Source: an uncultured Eubacteriales bacterium (GTDB lineage Bacteria > Bacillota > Clostridia > Christensenellales > QAND01). Taken from it: a stretch of 41,473 bases of DNA. This document shows positions 1-9,849 of this stretch, piece after piece. The DNA lies in the NCBI GenBank assembly GCA_900546685.1, contig UREB01000001.1, positions 1-41,473 of the forward strand, read 5' to 3'. The position numbers and the translations under genes were made by a program. The stretch's first letter is position 1; each line of letters begins with the position of its first letter. The notes beneath the pieces were generated by a model that saw nothing but the letters and a program-made list of their open reading frames with translations, made no database searches and was not told the DNA's origin.

Positions 1-423
1 GTCCGCCACTACGTCGTCCGCGCTTTTTTCCGCCTGGTAGCCGCTGGCCACCATATGGCTGCCGGCGTCGATGACGCCACGCAGCACGCTGCGGTCCTCC
101 ACGATCTTGATATACTGCGAAACATTGGCCGTTGTCGGCACAAGGTTGGAAAGCGTGGTCAGGTATTCCATGCCGCCGGCGCTTTCCAGCGTGCCCTGCT
201 GATTCATCTTTTCCAGCACGGTGACAAGGTCTACCGGCTGGCCGTCCAGATGCAGGCTGGCCATGGCCGCATAGATCTTTTGATGGCCGGGGGTATAGAA
301 GTCCTCGGTCGTCAGCGTTTCCATCGCCTGGGTGACGGCATTGGCATCCAGCAGCATGCTGCCCAAAACGGACTGCTCTGCCTCAATGCTGTGCGGCGGC
401 ACGCGCTGTGCGCTGCTGCTCAT
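1..423 (-). CDS. dnaB: Replicative DNA helicase DnaB, N-terminal part (gene runs off the left edge)
   Basis: The reverse complement of 361-423 reads MSSSAQRVPPHSIEAEQSVLG, the classic DnaB N-terminal motif. GGAGG (complement of 431-435) lies 7 nt upstream of the ATG at 421-423. The gene sits directly downstream of rplI, as is common in Firmicutes. The + ORF 55-465 is its antisense shadow. Confidence 0.85.
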   Translation of the reverse strand, partial: MSSSAQRVPPHSIEAEQSVLGSMLLDANAVTQAMETLTTEDFYTPGHQKIYAAMASLHLDGQPVDLVTVLEKMNQQGTLESAGGMEYLTTLSNLVPTTANVSQYIKIVEDRSVLRGVIDAGSHMVASGYQAEKSADDVVAD

Positions 424-439
424 GGCCCTTCCTCCTTTT

Positions 440-886
440 TTACAGGCTTTCCACCGTTACGGTGATCTTGCAGGATACGTTGGCGTACGGCTTTAGCTCC
501 ACGGTGTAGCTGCCCACCTGCTTGATGGGCTCGGAAAGCACGATCTTTTTCTTATCCAGCTCATAGCCGAACTGCTGGTGCAGCAGGTCTGCAATTTCCT
601 TATTGGTGACAGCGCCAAAGAGCTTCCCGGTCTCGCCTGTCTTTACCTTAAGGGTCAGCTGCTGGCCCTCCAGCTTTTCCGCCTGTGCCTTGGCCTCTGC
701 CAGCTGCACGGCCTGCTTATGCTGGGCGGCCTTTTCCTTAGCAGCGGCGTTGTTGATGTTTTGCTGGGTGGCCTCTACGGCCAGATTTTTACGGAGCAGA
801 AAATTGCGGGCATAGCCGTCGGACACCTCGACGGTCTGCCCCTTTTTGCCCGTGCCCTTTACATCCTGATTCAATACGACCTTCAT
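440..886 (-). CDS. rplI: 50S ribosomal protein L9
   Basis: 148-aa ORF starting MKVVLNQDVKGTGKKGQTVEVSDGYARNFLLRKNLA, a typical bL9 N-terminal domain followed by a long helix and C-domain. GGAGG complement at 896-900. Confidence 0.95.
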   Translation of the reverse strand: MKVVLNQDVKGTGKKGQTVEVSDGYARNFLLRKNLAVEATQQNINNAAAKEKAAQHKQAVQLAEAKAQAEKLEGQQLTLKVKTGETGKLFGAVTNKEIADLLHQQFGYELDKKKIVLSEPIKQVGSYTVELKPYANVSCKITVTVESL

Positions 887-901
887 CGTCTATTTCCTCC
901 T

Positions 902-2416
<1,515 letters not shown>

Positions 2417-3436
2417 TTATAGATCCAGCTTCATATCGCCGGGCTTGATCCACCCTGCGCGCCGCATGCCGTTGGTGATGACCAGTGTCAACAAAATGGG
2501 CAGGATAAACTGCAAAATCGCCATCTTTAATAAGATCCACACCATCGGCTCGCTACCCGCCATGGCGGCAATGGTGCCAAACTGGCCCACCAGCCCGCTG
2601 GTGCCCATGCCGGCGCCCATGGCGTTGTTTGTCATGGCGAACAACGTGGTGGACAGCGGCCCCAAAATGGCGCTGACAATGATCTCCGGCAGCCAGATCA
2701 CAGGTTTTCTTACGATATTGGGCACTTGCAGCATGCTGGTGCCCAGGCCCTGGCTGATCAGCCCGCCCACGCCGTTTTCCCGGTAGCTGGCCACGGCAAA
2801 GCCCAGCATATTCACACAGCAGCCCACCGTAGCCGCGCCCGCCGCCAGGCCGGAAAGATCCAGCGAAATGGCAATGGCCGCCGAGGAAATGGGGGCTGTG
2901 AGCGCCATACCCATCACCACGCTGACCAGAATGCCCATCGGAATGGGCTGTAATTCTGTGGCCAGGTTGATAAACTTGCCGATGCCCGTCATCATCGCAT
3001 TGATGCCGGGGCCAATCCAGGTAGCGACCAGCCCACCGACAACGATGGTGACAAAGGGCAGCACGACGATATCCACCTTGGTTTTGCCCACCAGAAGGCC
3101 CGCAATCTCCGCCCCGGCCAGGGACGCCAAAAATGCGCCGACCGGCCCGCCCAGCGTATAGCCCAGCGCCCCGGTGGCCGCCGAGGAAAACACCACCAGC
3201 GGCGCATGCTTTAGCCCATAGGCCACAGCCACGCCGATGGCCGCGCCCACCACCGGGCTGGAAGCGGACAGCATTTGGGCAAACGGCGTTAAAAACGAAA
3301 GCCCGGGAATTTTCCCCAGCTGCTGAATGATGAGCCCGATGATCAGCGAGGCAAACAGCCCCTGTGCCATGGCGCCCAGCGCGTCGATAAACCAGCGTTT
3401 CAACAGGCCTTTGATACCGCTTTGCCGTTTGGCCAT
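2417..3436 (-). CDS. Polytopic membrane protein, PTS EIIC-like (PTS_EIIC_2-type) permease; no EIIA/EIIB partner in the window
   Basis: 339 aa, about 10 hydrophobic segments. The N-terminus MAKRQSGIKGLLKRWFIDALGAMAQGLFASLIIGLIIQQLG resembles proteins annotated PTS sugar transporter subunit IIC. Family recalled from memory, not searched. Confidence 0.5.
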   Translation of the reverse strand: MAKRQSGIKGLLKRWFIDALGAMAQGLFASLIIGLIIQQLGKIPGLSFLTPFAQMLSASSPVVGAAIGVAVAYGLKHAPLVVFSSAATGALGYTLGGPVGAFLASLAGAEIAGLLVGKTKVDIVVLPFVTIVVGGLVATWIGPGINAMMTGIGKFINLATELQPIPMGILVSVVMGMALTAPISSAAIAISLDLSGLAAGAATVGCCVNMLGFAVASYRENGVGGLISQGLGTSMLQVPNIVRKPVIWLPEIIVSAILGPLSTTLFAMTNNAMGAGMGTSGLVGQFGTIAAMAGSEPMVWILLKMAILQFILPILLTLVITNGMRRAGWIKPGDMKLDL

Positions 3437-3477
3437 TGGTATTCTTCCCCTTTCCTGCCGCCGGCGCGGCGTTGCCT

Positions 3478-3909
3478 TTATCGTTTTCCCATGCGTTTGT
3501 ATTCCACCCGAATGCCCTGGTTATCCAGCGCGATGACCAGCGGCTTTAGGTCTAAATATTCATGAAAGGAAATGACCTTTTCATCCTTTAGGTGCAGCTC
3601 TACCCCAAGGGCGCTGCCATCATAGGAGGCAAACGCCACCTGGCTGATGGGGATGATGGTTTCCCTGCCGTCCCGGTGCAGACGCACCTCCGTTTCGCCG
3701 GCCCGGTAGTAATCGCGCCCGTATTTGAGGTATACGGCCGCCAAATACGCCACAGCGCCGATGCACAGCGCCGCCGTCAAAATGGTATTCAGCGTGGTAG
3801 GGTCCCCGGGCAGCAGCCAAACTGCGCCCACAGCCACCAGCGCATACAATACGCCGCGGCTGAGCCTTGGCAGCAAGGCCTTCCACGCATAGATCCTCTT
3901 TTGTCTCAT
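3478..3909 (-). CDS. Small membrane protein (2 TM + beta-rich C-domain), hypothetical
   Basis: 143 aa. ATGA start/stop overlap with the upstream gene at 3906-3909. Two hydrophobic helices are followed by ETEVRLHRDGRETIIPISQVAFASYDG. Confidence 0.6.
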   Translation of the reverse strand: MRQKRIYAWKALLPRLSRGVLYALVAVGAVWLLPGDPTTLNTILTAALCIGAVAYLAAVYLKYGRDYYRAGETEVRLHRDGRETIIPISQVAFASYDGSALGVELHLKDEKVISFHEYLDLKPLVIALDNQGIRVEYKRMGKR

Positions 3910-4331
3910 CCTCTGTCTTCTCCCTGCTGTAACTGTTTGCAGTGCGCCGCCAGCAGCTGGATAAAGCCCTGGACATCCTCATACTGGTAGACAAACGCCA
4001 CGCGCTTGGTACCGTTGAGCACCAGCATCATGCGCGCGTGCATGGCGTCGTAAAACATGCCTGTGATGTCGTCATAGGCGATCCTGGTGGCCGGCAAAAA
4101 GGTTTTGCGGATGGCAATGCCCGTTTCATCGGTACGGATCTCGGCAAAAAAGCTCTGGGACAGCACCATCAGCCCATACCAGGCAAACAGCGCGAAAAAC
4201 ACGCCCTCTACCGTTTGCATGGGCTTGGCGCGAAACGCTTCCTGGGCCCAGACAATGCCGAGCGCCAGCATAAGCGCACCAAATAGAAATTTTTGTGCCC
4301 ACCGATTTCGGTTGATGGAAAATGCTCGCAT
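3906..4331 (-). CDS. Small membrane protein (2 TM + beta-rich C-domain), hypothetical; paralogue-like of 3478-3909
   Basis: 141 aa. The ATG at 4329-4331 lies one nt after the argS stop (TAA, 4333-4335). Same architecture as the neighbouring gene: AEIRTDETGIAIRKTFLPATRIAYDDITG. Confidence 0.6.
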   Translation of the reverse strand: MRAFSINRNRWAQKFLFGALMLALGIVWAQEAFRAKPMQTVEGVFFALFAWYGLMVLSQSFFAEIRTDETGIAIRKTFLPATRIAYDDITGMFYDAMHARMMLVLNGTKRVAFVYQYEDVQGFIQLLAAHCKQLQQGEDRG

Positions 4332-4332
4332 A

Positions 4333-6030
4333 TTACATCCTTTCCGGCGATGCGATGCCCAAAAGCCCCAGCCCGGTCTTGAGCACGGTGCGCACCGCTT
4401 TTGTCAGCTGCAGCCGCGCGGCGGTCTGCGCGCTGTCCTCCGTGATGATGCGCTCTTCATAATAAAACCGGTTGTACGCCTGCGCCAGCTCGATGAGCGC
4501 CCGGCTCAAAAGGTACGGCTCGTTTTTCTCCAACGCCGCGGCCACGGCGTCCTTCCAGCCCTCCAGCGCGCGCACGACGGCCGTGGCAAACGGGCCGGAA
4601 AGCGCCGCATCGTCCGGCTGGGCCTCTTGCCATGCCGGGTCGGCTTTCCTTAAGACGCTGCAGCAGCGCGCGCCGGTATATTGCAGGTACGGGGCGGTCT
4701 CCCCGTCAAAGGAGAGAGCACGGTCGTAGGAAAACGCAATGTCCTTGATCCTGGCATTGTACAATACGCCAAACACCACCGCGCCCACGCCGACCTGCTC
4801 GGCCACCGTCTGTTTGTCCGAAAGGTGCGGAGATTTTTCCTCCAAAATTTCGCCCGCGCGCGCGATGGCGCTGTGCAGCACATCCTTGAGCAGCACCACA
4901 TGGCCCTTTCTGGTGGAAAGCGTGGTGCCGTCCGCCATGGAGACCATGCCAAAGGCCACATGCTCCAAATCCTTGGCCCAATCGTAGCCCATCTTTTCCA
5001 CCACTTTGAACCATTGGCGGAAATGCAGGTTCTGCTGATAGGCTACCACATACAAGCACTTGGCAAAATCGTAGGTTTTTTTGCGGTAGAACGCCGCAGC
5101 CAAATCGCGGGTGGCGTATAGGGTGGTGCCGTCGGATTTCAAGATGATACAGGGCGGCATATTGTCTGCGGACAGATCCACCACATACGCGCCCTCGGAG
5201 AGGGTCAGCAGGTGTTTGGCCCGCAGCTCGTCCACCACAGGCTGCATCTTATCGTTGTAAAACGCTTCGCCATTGTAGCTGTCAAACGTGATGCCCAAGA
5301 GATCGTAGATTTTCATGACCTCCTGGATGGTGGCCTGCTTGAACTGATCAAACAGCGCCAGCGCAATTTCGTCGCCGTCCTCGATGCGCTTGAACCAGGC
5401 GCGGCCAAGATCCTCCAGCTGGGGATCCTTTTCCGCTTCCTCGTGGAACTTAACGTACAGGCGCGTCATCTCCTCCACGCCCTTTTCGCGGACGGCGGCT
5501 TCATCGCCCCACAATTCGTAGGCAGCCAGCAGCTTGCCAAACTGCGTGCCCCAATCGCCCAGGTGGTTGATGCCTATGCTCTTGTAGCCCATGAAATTGT
5601 AGAGATTGTACAGGGCATGTCCAATGGCCGTGCTGGAAAGGTGGCCGATATGGAACTGCTTGGCGATGTTGATGCTGCTGTAATCGATGCACACCGTGCG
5701 CCCATGCCCGATATCCTGCGCGCCGTAGCGCTCGCCTTCTAAAAGCGCCTGATCCAGCACGGTACGGGCATACAGCGCTTTGTCCACAGTAAAATTGGCA
5801 TAGCCGCCCGCCACCTCCGCCTTGACAACGCAGGCCGGCATTGCGCTTTCCACAATGCTTTTGGCAATCAGCTGCGGCGCTTTGCGCAGGGTTTTGGCAA
5901 AGGCAAAGCAGGGCAGCGCATAATCGCCCAGGGCCGGGTCCGGCGGGGTTTCTATCAACGGCAATACCTGTTCCAAAGGCGTATCCAGCACCTGGGAAAC
6001 AGCCTTTGCGATCTCTTGTTTGAATGGCAA
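4333..6030 (-). CDS. argS: Arginine--tRNA ligase (TTG start)
   Basis: 565 aa with a class I HIGH motif (QFHIGHLSST), an MSTR-like LSTRKGHVV, and a C-terminal anticodon-binding DALR-type region ending ERM. AAGGAG lies 9 nt upstream of the TTG at 6028-6030. Confidence 0.95.
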   Translation of the reverse strand: MPFKQEIAKAVSQVLDTPLEQVLPLIETPPDPALGDYALPCFAFAKTLRKAPQLIAKSIVESAMPACVVKAEVAGGYANFTVDKALYARTVLDQALLEGERYGAQDIGHGRTVCIDYSSINIAKQFHIGHLSSTAIGHALYNLYNFMGYKSIGINHLGDWGTQFGKLLAAYELWGDEAAVREKGVEEMTRLYVKFHEEAEKDPQLEDLGRAWFKRIEDGDEIALALFDQFKQATIQEVMKIYDLLGITFDSYNGEAFYNDKMQPVVDELRAKHLLTLSEGAYVVDLSADNMPPCIILKSDGTTLYATRDLAAAFYRKKTYDFAKCLYVVAYQQNLHFRQWFKVVEKMGYDWAKDLEHVAFGMVSMADGTTLSTRKGHVVLLKDVLHSAIARAGEILEEKSPHLSDKQTVAEQVGVGAVVFGVLYNARIKDIAFSYDRALSFDGETAPYLQYTGARCCSVLRKADPAWQEAQPDDAALSGPFATAVVRALEGWKDAVAAALEKNEPYLLSRALIELAQAYNRFYYEERIITEDSAQTAARLQLTKAVRTVLKTGLGLLGIASPERM

Positions 6031-6103
6031 CTTTCTCGGCTCCTTTGCCCTCTATCCGCCCAGGGGCGCAGAGGGATGCAAACTTTATACGTATACTTAG
6101 TTT

Positions 6104-6132
6104 ACTATATCACAATCCCCCTATGCTTTCAA
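6104..6132 (-). promoter_or_regulatory. Putative sigma-A promoter of argS (TTGAAA-17-TATAGT on minus strand)
   Basis: The complement of 6127-6132 is TTGAAA and the complement of 6104-6109 is TATAGT, with a 17-nt spacer. It lies about 70 nt upstream of the argS start. Confidence 0.4.
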
Positions 6133-6164
6133 TTCTGCACCCCGAAAAACAAGCAATTTTTCTG

Positions 6165-6193
6165 TTGACATTGCGCCGGTTGTGATGTATTAT
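6165..6193 (+). promoter_or_regulatory. Putative sigma-A promoter of tRNA-Arg (TTGACA-17-TATTAT)
   Basis: TTGACA at 6165-6170 and TATTAT at 6188-6193, 17-nt spacer. The tRNA 5' end is 14 nt downstream. Confidence 0.55.
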
Positions 6194-6206
6194 ATTTGAG
6201 CACCAT

Positions 6207-6283
6207 GTACCAGTAGCTCAGCTGGATAGAGCGTTTGACTACGAATCAAAAGGTCGGGGGTTCGAATCCCTTCTGGTACACCA
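6207..6283 (+). tRNA. tRNA-Arg (anticodon ACG), CCA encoded
   Basis: 77 nt folded by hand. Acceptor GTACCAG/CTGGTAC, D-arm GCTC-AGCTGGATA-GAGC, anticodon stem TTTGA/TCAAA with loop CTACGAA (ACG), T-arm GGGGG-TTCGAAT-CCCTT, then ACCA. Confidence 0.9.
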
Positions 6284-6284
6284 C

Positions 6285-6318
6285 AAAAGACCCGAAACCA
6301 TATGGTTTCGGGTCTTTT
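6285..6318. terminator. Bidirectional rho-independent terminator
   Basis: Perfect 16-nt arms, AAAAGACCCGAAACCA / TGGTTTCGGGTCTTTT, flanked by A-run and T-run. It sits between the tRNA (+) and the convergent lipoprotein gene (-). Confidence 0.75.
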
Positions 6319-6336
6319 GTTATTTATTTTCGTCTG

Positions 6337-6942
6337 TTATGGGGCAAATACGACCGCCATGGTATACGGCCCGTCGCTGCCCACATCCACGCGCGCCACA
6401 TGCCCGGCGCTGTCCACCACATACCGGCGGTATTGGGCGCCCCATACCGAGGCATACGGCGCTTGTTCCGTGACATCGGTTTGCTTCATCTCCACGGTAT
6501 AGACTCGGCTGCCGTTTTCGCCCGGCTCGCACGTGATGGCCTGTATCTCTCCTTTTTGCAAAGGGGTCAGATCCACCCCGGCGATTTCGGACAGCGTACG
6601 GTACTGGGTGGTATCGTCCAGCGCCGTTTCCGGAAGCTCTCCTTCCGGGAGGATCAGCTTGCCGTTTTGGTATTGATACTCGCTTTGGACGCCTTCCGCA
6701 TCCCATCCCTGATGGGTAAAATAGGGCGCTCCGTTTTCAAACGCATACTCTACGGCAACGGACAGCGATTCGCCGTCCTCGGACAGGTTCAAAATCCGAA
6801 ACTGCCCCGCCTGCTGCGCATTGAGCGCCTCCAGCGCCTGGTTCAGCGCCTCCTCCGGTCGGGCGGCACAGCCGCAGACGGCGAGAAGCGCAAAGGCAGA
6901 TGCAGCCACAGCACAGATGGCTCTGAAAGGATGACGGTTCAT
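6337..6942 (-). CDS. Putative lipoprotein, hypothetical
   Basis: 201 aa. The signal peptide MNRHPFRAICAVAASAFALLAVCGC has a lipobox-like LAVC. No recognised domain. Confidence 0.65.
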   Translation of the reverse strand: MNRHPFRAICAVAASAFALLAVCGCAARPEEALNQALEALNAQQAGQFRILNLSEDGESLSVAVEYAFENGAPYFTHQGWDAEGVQSEYQYQNGKLILPEGELPETALDDTTQYRTLSEIAGVDLTPLQKGEIQAITCEPGENGSRVYTVEMKQTDVTEQAPYASVWGAQYRRYVVDSAGHVARVDVGSDGPYTMAVVFAP

Positions 6943-6955
6943 TTTCTTCCCTCTC

Positions 6956-7462
6956 TTAGTAGTAGAAAGTATTCGTTTCTATAAAGTCACGGATCTGGGC
7001 CGCCTCTAAGTGGTACTCCTCTACAGCCCGAACCGCTTGATTCGCAGGGTATTCAGCAAAGCCGCAGCGTTTCATTGTAAGCACCGTAACAGAGGCTGCT
7101 TTTGTATGCCAATAATCTGCAACCCCTATATAAGCGCCCGCATCCGTAAAGCCAAGCTTCAACTGAAACGTGCCGACTGTATAACCCGGCTTTGTGATAG
7201 GATCGCTGTACCTGCGGATAGAATCTCTCCTTTGTGTACGGATCTTATTCTCGGGCTGTACTTCTATCCATCTCGCTTCTCCGCTCTGAATATCCTCTAG
7301 AAGAGTTTCCAGTTCTGCTTTCTCCGCCGGGTCAACTGACCTATCGATCAATTCCATAAGCCACTGCGTATTCTCATCCGGCACGGCAAACGCCGTTCCC
7401 GAGAAAACAAACACAGACATCACAACAGCAAGCAACAAACCAACATATCTATATTTTTTCAT
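6956..7462 (-). CDS. Secreted hypothetical protein
   Basis: 168 aa. Sec signal MKKYRYVGLLLAVVMSVFVFSGTAFA followed by VPDEN. Visibly lower GC than the flanks. Confidence 0.6.
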   Translation of the reverse strand: MKKYRYVGLLLAVVMSVFVFSGTAFAVPDENTQWLMELIDRSVDPAEKAELETLLEDIQSGEARWIEVQPENKIRTQRRDSIRRYSDPITKPGYTVGTFQLKLGFTDAGAYIGVADYWHTKAASVTVLTMKRCGFAEYPANQAVRAVEEYHLEAAQIRDFIETNTFYY

Positions 7463-7618
7463 CTGTCAAAACCTCCGCGTCTTTTTGGTTCCCTGTCTCC
7501 TCCTTTGATCCAGCGCATCGGAATCACGCCTTTCCATCTCTTGGTAATTAAATTGTTACATAGAAACATAATAGTGTCAATCTATTTTTCAGCCGAATAA
7601 AGCCGAATGGATAAGAGC

Positions 7619-8503
7619 CTATATAGTACGTACGAAATCCCGGTAAATCTCCTTATACTGCTCGGCAAACTGGCTGCCCTTCCGCCAGAGGAAGGAAAAA
7701 TCATGCCGGACGTCAAAATCCGCAAGGGGGATGGCGCGCAGGGTACCCTGCGCCAGCTCCTCCCTCACGGCGGCCTCATACAAAAAGGTAATGCCGCAGC
7801 CCGCCTTGGCCAGGGTTTTTAAGGCAGTGAGGCTGCTGGCCTCCACGCGGCATGCAAAATCCTGGATGGTCAGGTTTTTTCCTTCCAGATAGTGCTCCAG
7901 GATATGGCGGGTGCCAGAGCCCTGTTCGCGCACAAGCAGGCGCTCTGTAAGTAAATCGTGGATACGGTATGCGGCGGCTGGCAGCGGATAGTCCGCGCCA
8001 CAGACCGGCAAAAAGCGCTCTGTGCAAAACAGCAGCGAATCGTATACGCTTTGGGAAAACGCGCCCTCTACGATGGCAAAGTCGATGGCACCGTCATCCA
8101 GGGCGCGGAGCAGCTGCTCTGTATCCGCCACGTGCATGGAGATCTGCGCATCCGGGTGCTGCTTTAGATAGCGCGCCAATACCGGCGGCATCGCGTATTC
8201 GCCCACGGTGAGCGTAGCGCCAAAGCGCAGCACGGGCTGTTCTCCGCCCAAAGAAGCGATGCGTTTTTGCAGCTGCGCCGCATCCTGCCGCATGGTGCGG
8301 GCCGCCTGGCACAGCATGCGCCCCGCCTGGGTCAGCGCCAGCTTTTTGCCCCGGTAGGAAAAAAGAGCGGCGCCGTATTGCTTTTCCAGCGCTTTGATGT
8401 GCTGGGAAACAGCGGGCTGTGTGATATGCAGCGCTTCGGCTGCCCTGGTGATGCTCATGGTTCTGCATACCATTAAAAAGCTTTCGATGCGATAATCCAG
8501 CAT
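7619..8503 (-). CDS. LysR-family transcriptional regulator (start trimmed to MLDYRIESF)
   Basis: HTH region ITRAAEALHITQPAVSQHIKALE followed by a LysR substrate-binding domain. GGAGGG RBS 7 nt upstream of the ATG at 8501-8503. Confidence 0.9.
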   Translation of the reverse strand: MLDYRIESFLMVCRTMSITRAAEALHITQPAVSQHIKALEKQYGAALFSYRGKKLALTQAGRMLCQAARTMRQDAAQLQKRIASLGGEQPVLRFGATLTVGEYAMPPVLARYLKQHPDAQISMHVADTEQLLRALDDGAIDFAIVEGAFSQSVYDSLLFCTERFLPVCGADYPLPAAAYRIHDLLTERLLVREQGSGTRHILEHYLEGKNLTIQDFACRVEASSLTALKTLAKAGCGITFLYEAAVREELAQGTLRAIPLADFDVRHDFSFLWRKGSQFAEQYKEIYRDFVRTI

Positions 8504-8651
8504 GGCGATCCCTCCGCCATTATCATAATATATTTTTATCATTTTATAAATATATATTATTTTTATTTATTAATTTTCTCTGCTATACTGGCAGACAGAA
8601 TTGGGCATTTTTCCCTGCTGCCCGAGGTATTAGAAAGGCTGTGAACGCGAT

Positions 8652-9659
8652 ATGGAAACGATCAAACGGACTGCGCCGGGCATTGCGCTATGCCTTTTCA
8701 TTGCGCTGCCCGCCTGGGCGCTGGGGCAATGGCTGCCGGTGGTGGGCGGCCCTGTGTTTGCCATCCTGATTGGCATGGTCATCACGCTGGTGATGCCCCG
8801 CAAGGATTGGTGCCACAGCGGCGTGGCGTTTACCTCTAAAAAGGTATTGCAATATGCGGTGGTGCTGCTCGGCTTTGGCATGAATCTTTCCGAGATCTTG
8901 GCCAAGGGAAAGCAGTCGCTGCCCATCATCCTTTCTACCATCTCCATTTCGCTCATCGTGGCTTTTGTGCTGTATAAGGCGCTGCGTTTGAAAAAGAACA
9001 GCGCCATTTTGATCGGCGTGGGCTCGTCTATCTGCGGCGGCTCTGCCATCGCGGCTACGGCGCCCGTGATCCAGGCAAGCGACGAGGAAGTCGCGCAATC
9101 CATTTCCGTGATTTTTCTATTCAACATTTTAGCTGCCCTCATCTTCCCGACGCTGGGCGGGCTTTTGGGGCTTTCGGACACCGGCTTTGGCCTGTTTGCC
9201 GGCACCGCCATCAACGATACCTCCTCCGTGACGGCGGCGGCCGCCGCTTGGGACGGCATCCATGGCTCCAATACCCTGGACGCTGCCACCATCGTCAAGC
9301 TGACGCGCACGCTGGCCATCATCCCCATTACGCTGGTGCTGGCGCTGATGCGCACCCGCCAGGCCAAGCAGGAAGACGGCGCCAAAATCAGCCTGAAAAA
9401 GATTTTCCCCTTTTTCGTGCTCTTCTTCGTGCTGGCCGCCGTCATCACCACCGTATGCCAGCTGCCGGCCAGCGTGACCGGCCCGCTGAAGGATCTGAGC
9501 AAATTTCTCATCATCATGGCCATGGCGGCCGTGGGGATGAATACCAACATCGTGCAGCTCGTCAAGACGGGCGGAAAGCCGATTTTAACCGGCTTTTGCT
9601 GCTGGGTGGCCATCGCGGCGGTCAGCCTGGGCATGCAGACGGTTTTGGGCATCTGGTAA
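8652..9659 (+). CDS. yeiH: YeiH/UPF0324-family membrane protein (putative sulfate-exporter-family transporter)
   Basis: 335 aa, polytopic. [44 protein letters not shown] is typical of the family. Divergent from a LysR gene, as with E. coli yeiE-yeiH. Family recalled from memory. Confidence 0.75.
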   Translation: METIKRTAPGIALCLFIALPAWALGQWLPVVGGPVFAILIGMVITLVMPRKDWCHSGVAFTSKKVLQYAVVLLGFGMNLSEILAKGKQSLPIILSTISISLIVAFVLYKALRLKKNSAILIGVGSSICGGSAIAATAPVIQASDEEVAQSISVIFLFNILAALIFPTLGGLLGLSDTGFGLFAGTAINDTSSVTAAAAAWDGIHGSNTLDAATIVKLTRTLAIIPITLVLALMRTRQAKQEDGAKISLKKIFPFFVLFFVLAAVITTVCQLPASVTGPLKDLSKFLIIMAMAAVGMNTNIVQLVKTGGKPILTGFCCWVAIAAVSLGMQTVLGIW

Positions 9660-9688
9660 GCGCTGCGCCCAACCATTGTCTTTTCAAA

Positions 9689-9710
9689 GGGCCTATTAGG
9701 CCCTTTTTTT
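9689..9710 (+). terminator. Rho-independent terminator after yeiH-like gene
   Basis: GGGCCT-ATT-AGGCCC hairpin followed by T7 (9704-9710). Confidence 0.6.
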
Positions 9711-9772
9711 CTTGCACCGTATAGGCGGGCCGCCGCAAATCCGCTTGCATAGATTGCATCCATAAGGGGGGT

Positions 9773-9800
9773 GGGAAGGCCCGCCGGCCTTCCCGTTTTT
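9773..9800 (+). terminator. Second hairpin + T-run (back-up terminator)
   Basis: GGGAAGGCC (9773-9781), loop CGCC, GGCCTTCCC (9786-9794), then GTTTTT. Confidence 0.45.
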
Positions 9801-9810
9801 CTGCATAGAA

Positions 9811-9833
9811 AAAGCCCCCGGGGCGGGGGCTTT
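9811..9833 (-). terminator. Rho-independent terminator of the GT2-TPR / small-peptide operon
   Basis: The minus strand reads AAAGCCCCCGCCCCGGGGGCTTTTT, beginning 17 nt after the TGA at 9850-9852. Confidence 0.65.
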
Positions 9834-9849
9834 GTTCCGCGCAAAATGC

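Noticed and set aside
55-465. 136-aa plus-strand ORF at the left edge
   Set aside because: The opposite strand encodes the DnaB N-terminus (MSSSAQRVPPHSIEAEQSVLG) with a proper RBS. The plus ORF has no RBS and a shadow-like composition.
6207-7618. tRNA-associated genomic island or prophage remnant
   Set aside because: No integrase, excisionase, transposase or direct repeat of the tRNA 3' end was found within the window. Only a mild compositional dip around one secreted-protein gene remains, and it is reported as a low-interest finding.
8630-9844. 404-aa minus-strand ORF covering the yeiH-like gene
   Set aside because: It is an antisense shadow ORF typical of GC-rich DNA. Its composition is Met/Ala/Ser/Thr/Pro-rich and low-complexity, with no motifs and no RBS. 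The plus-strand ORF has a coherent polytopic membrane profile and family-like N-terminus.
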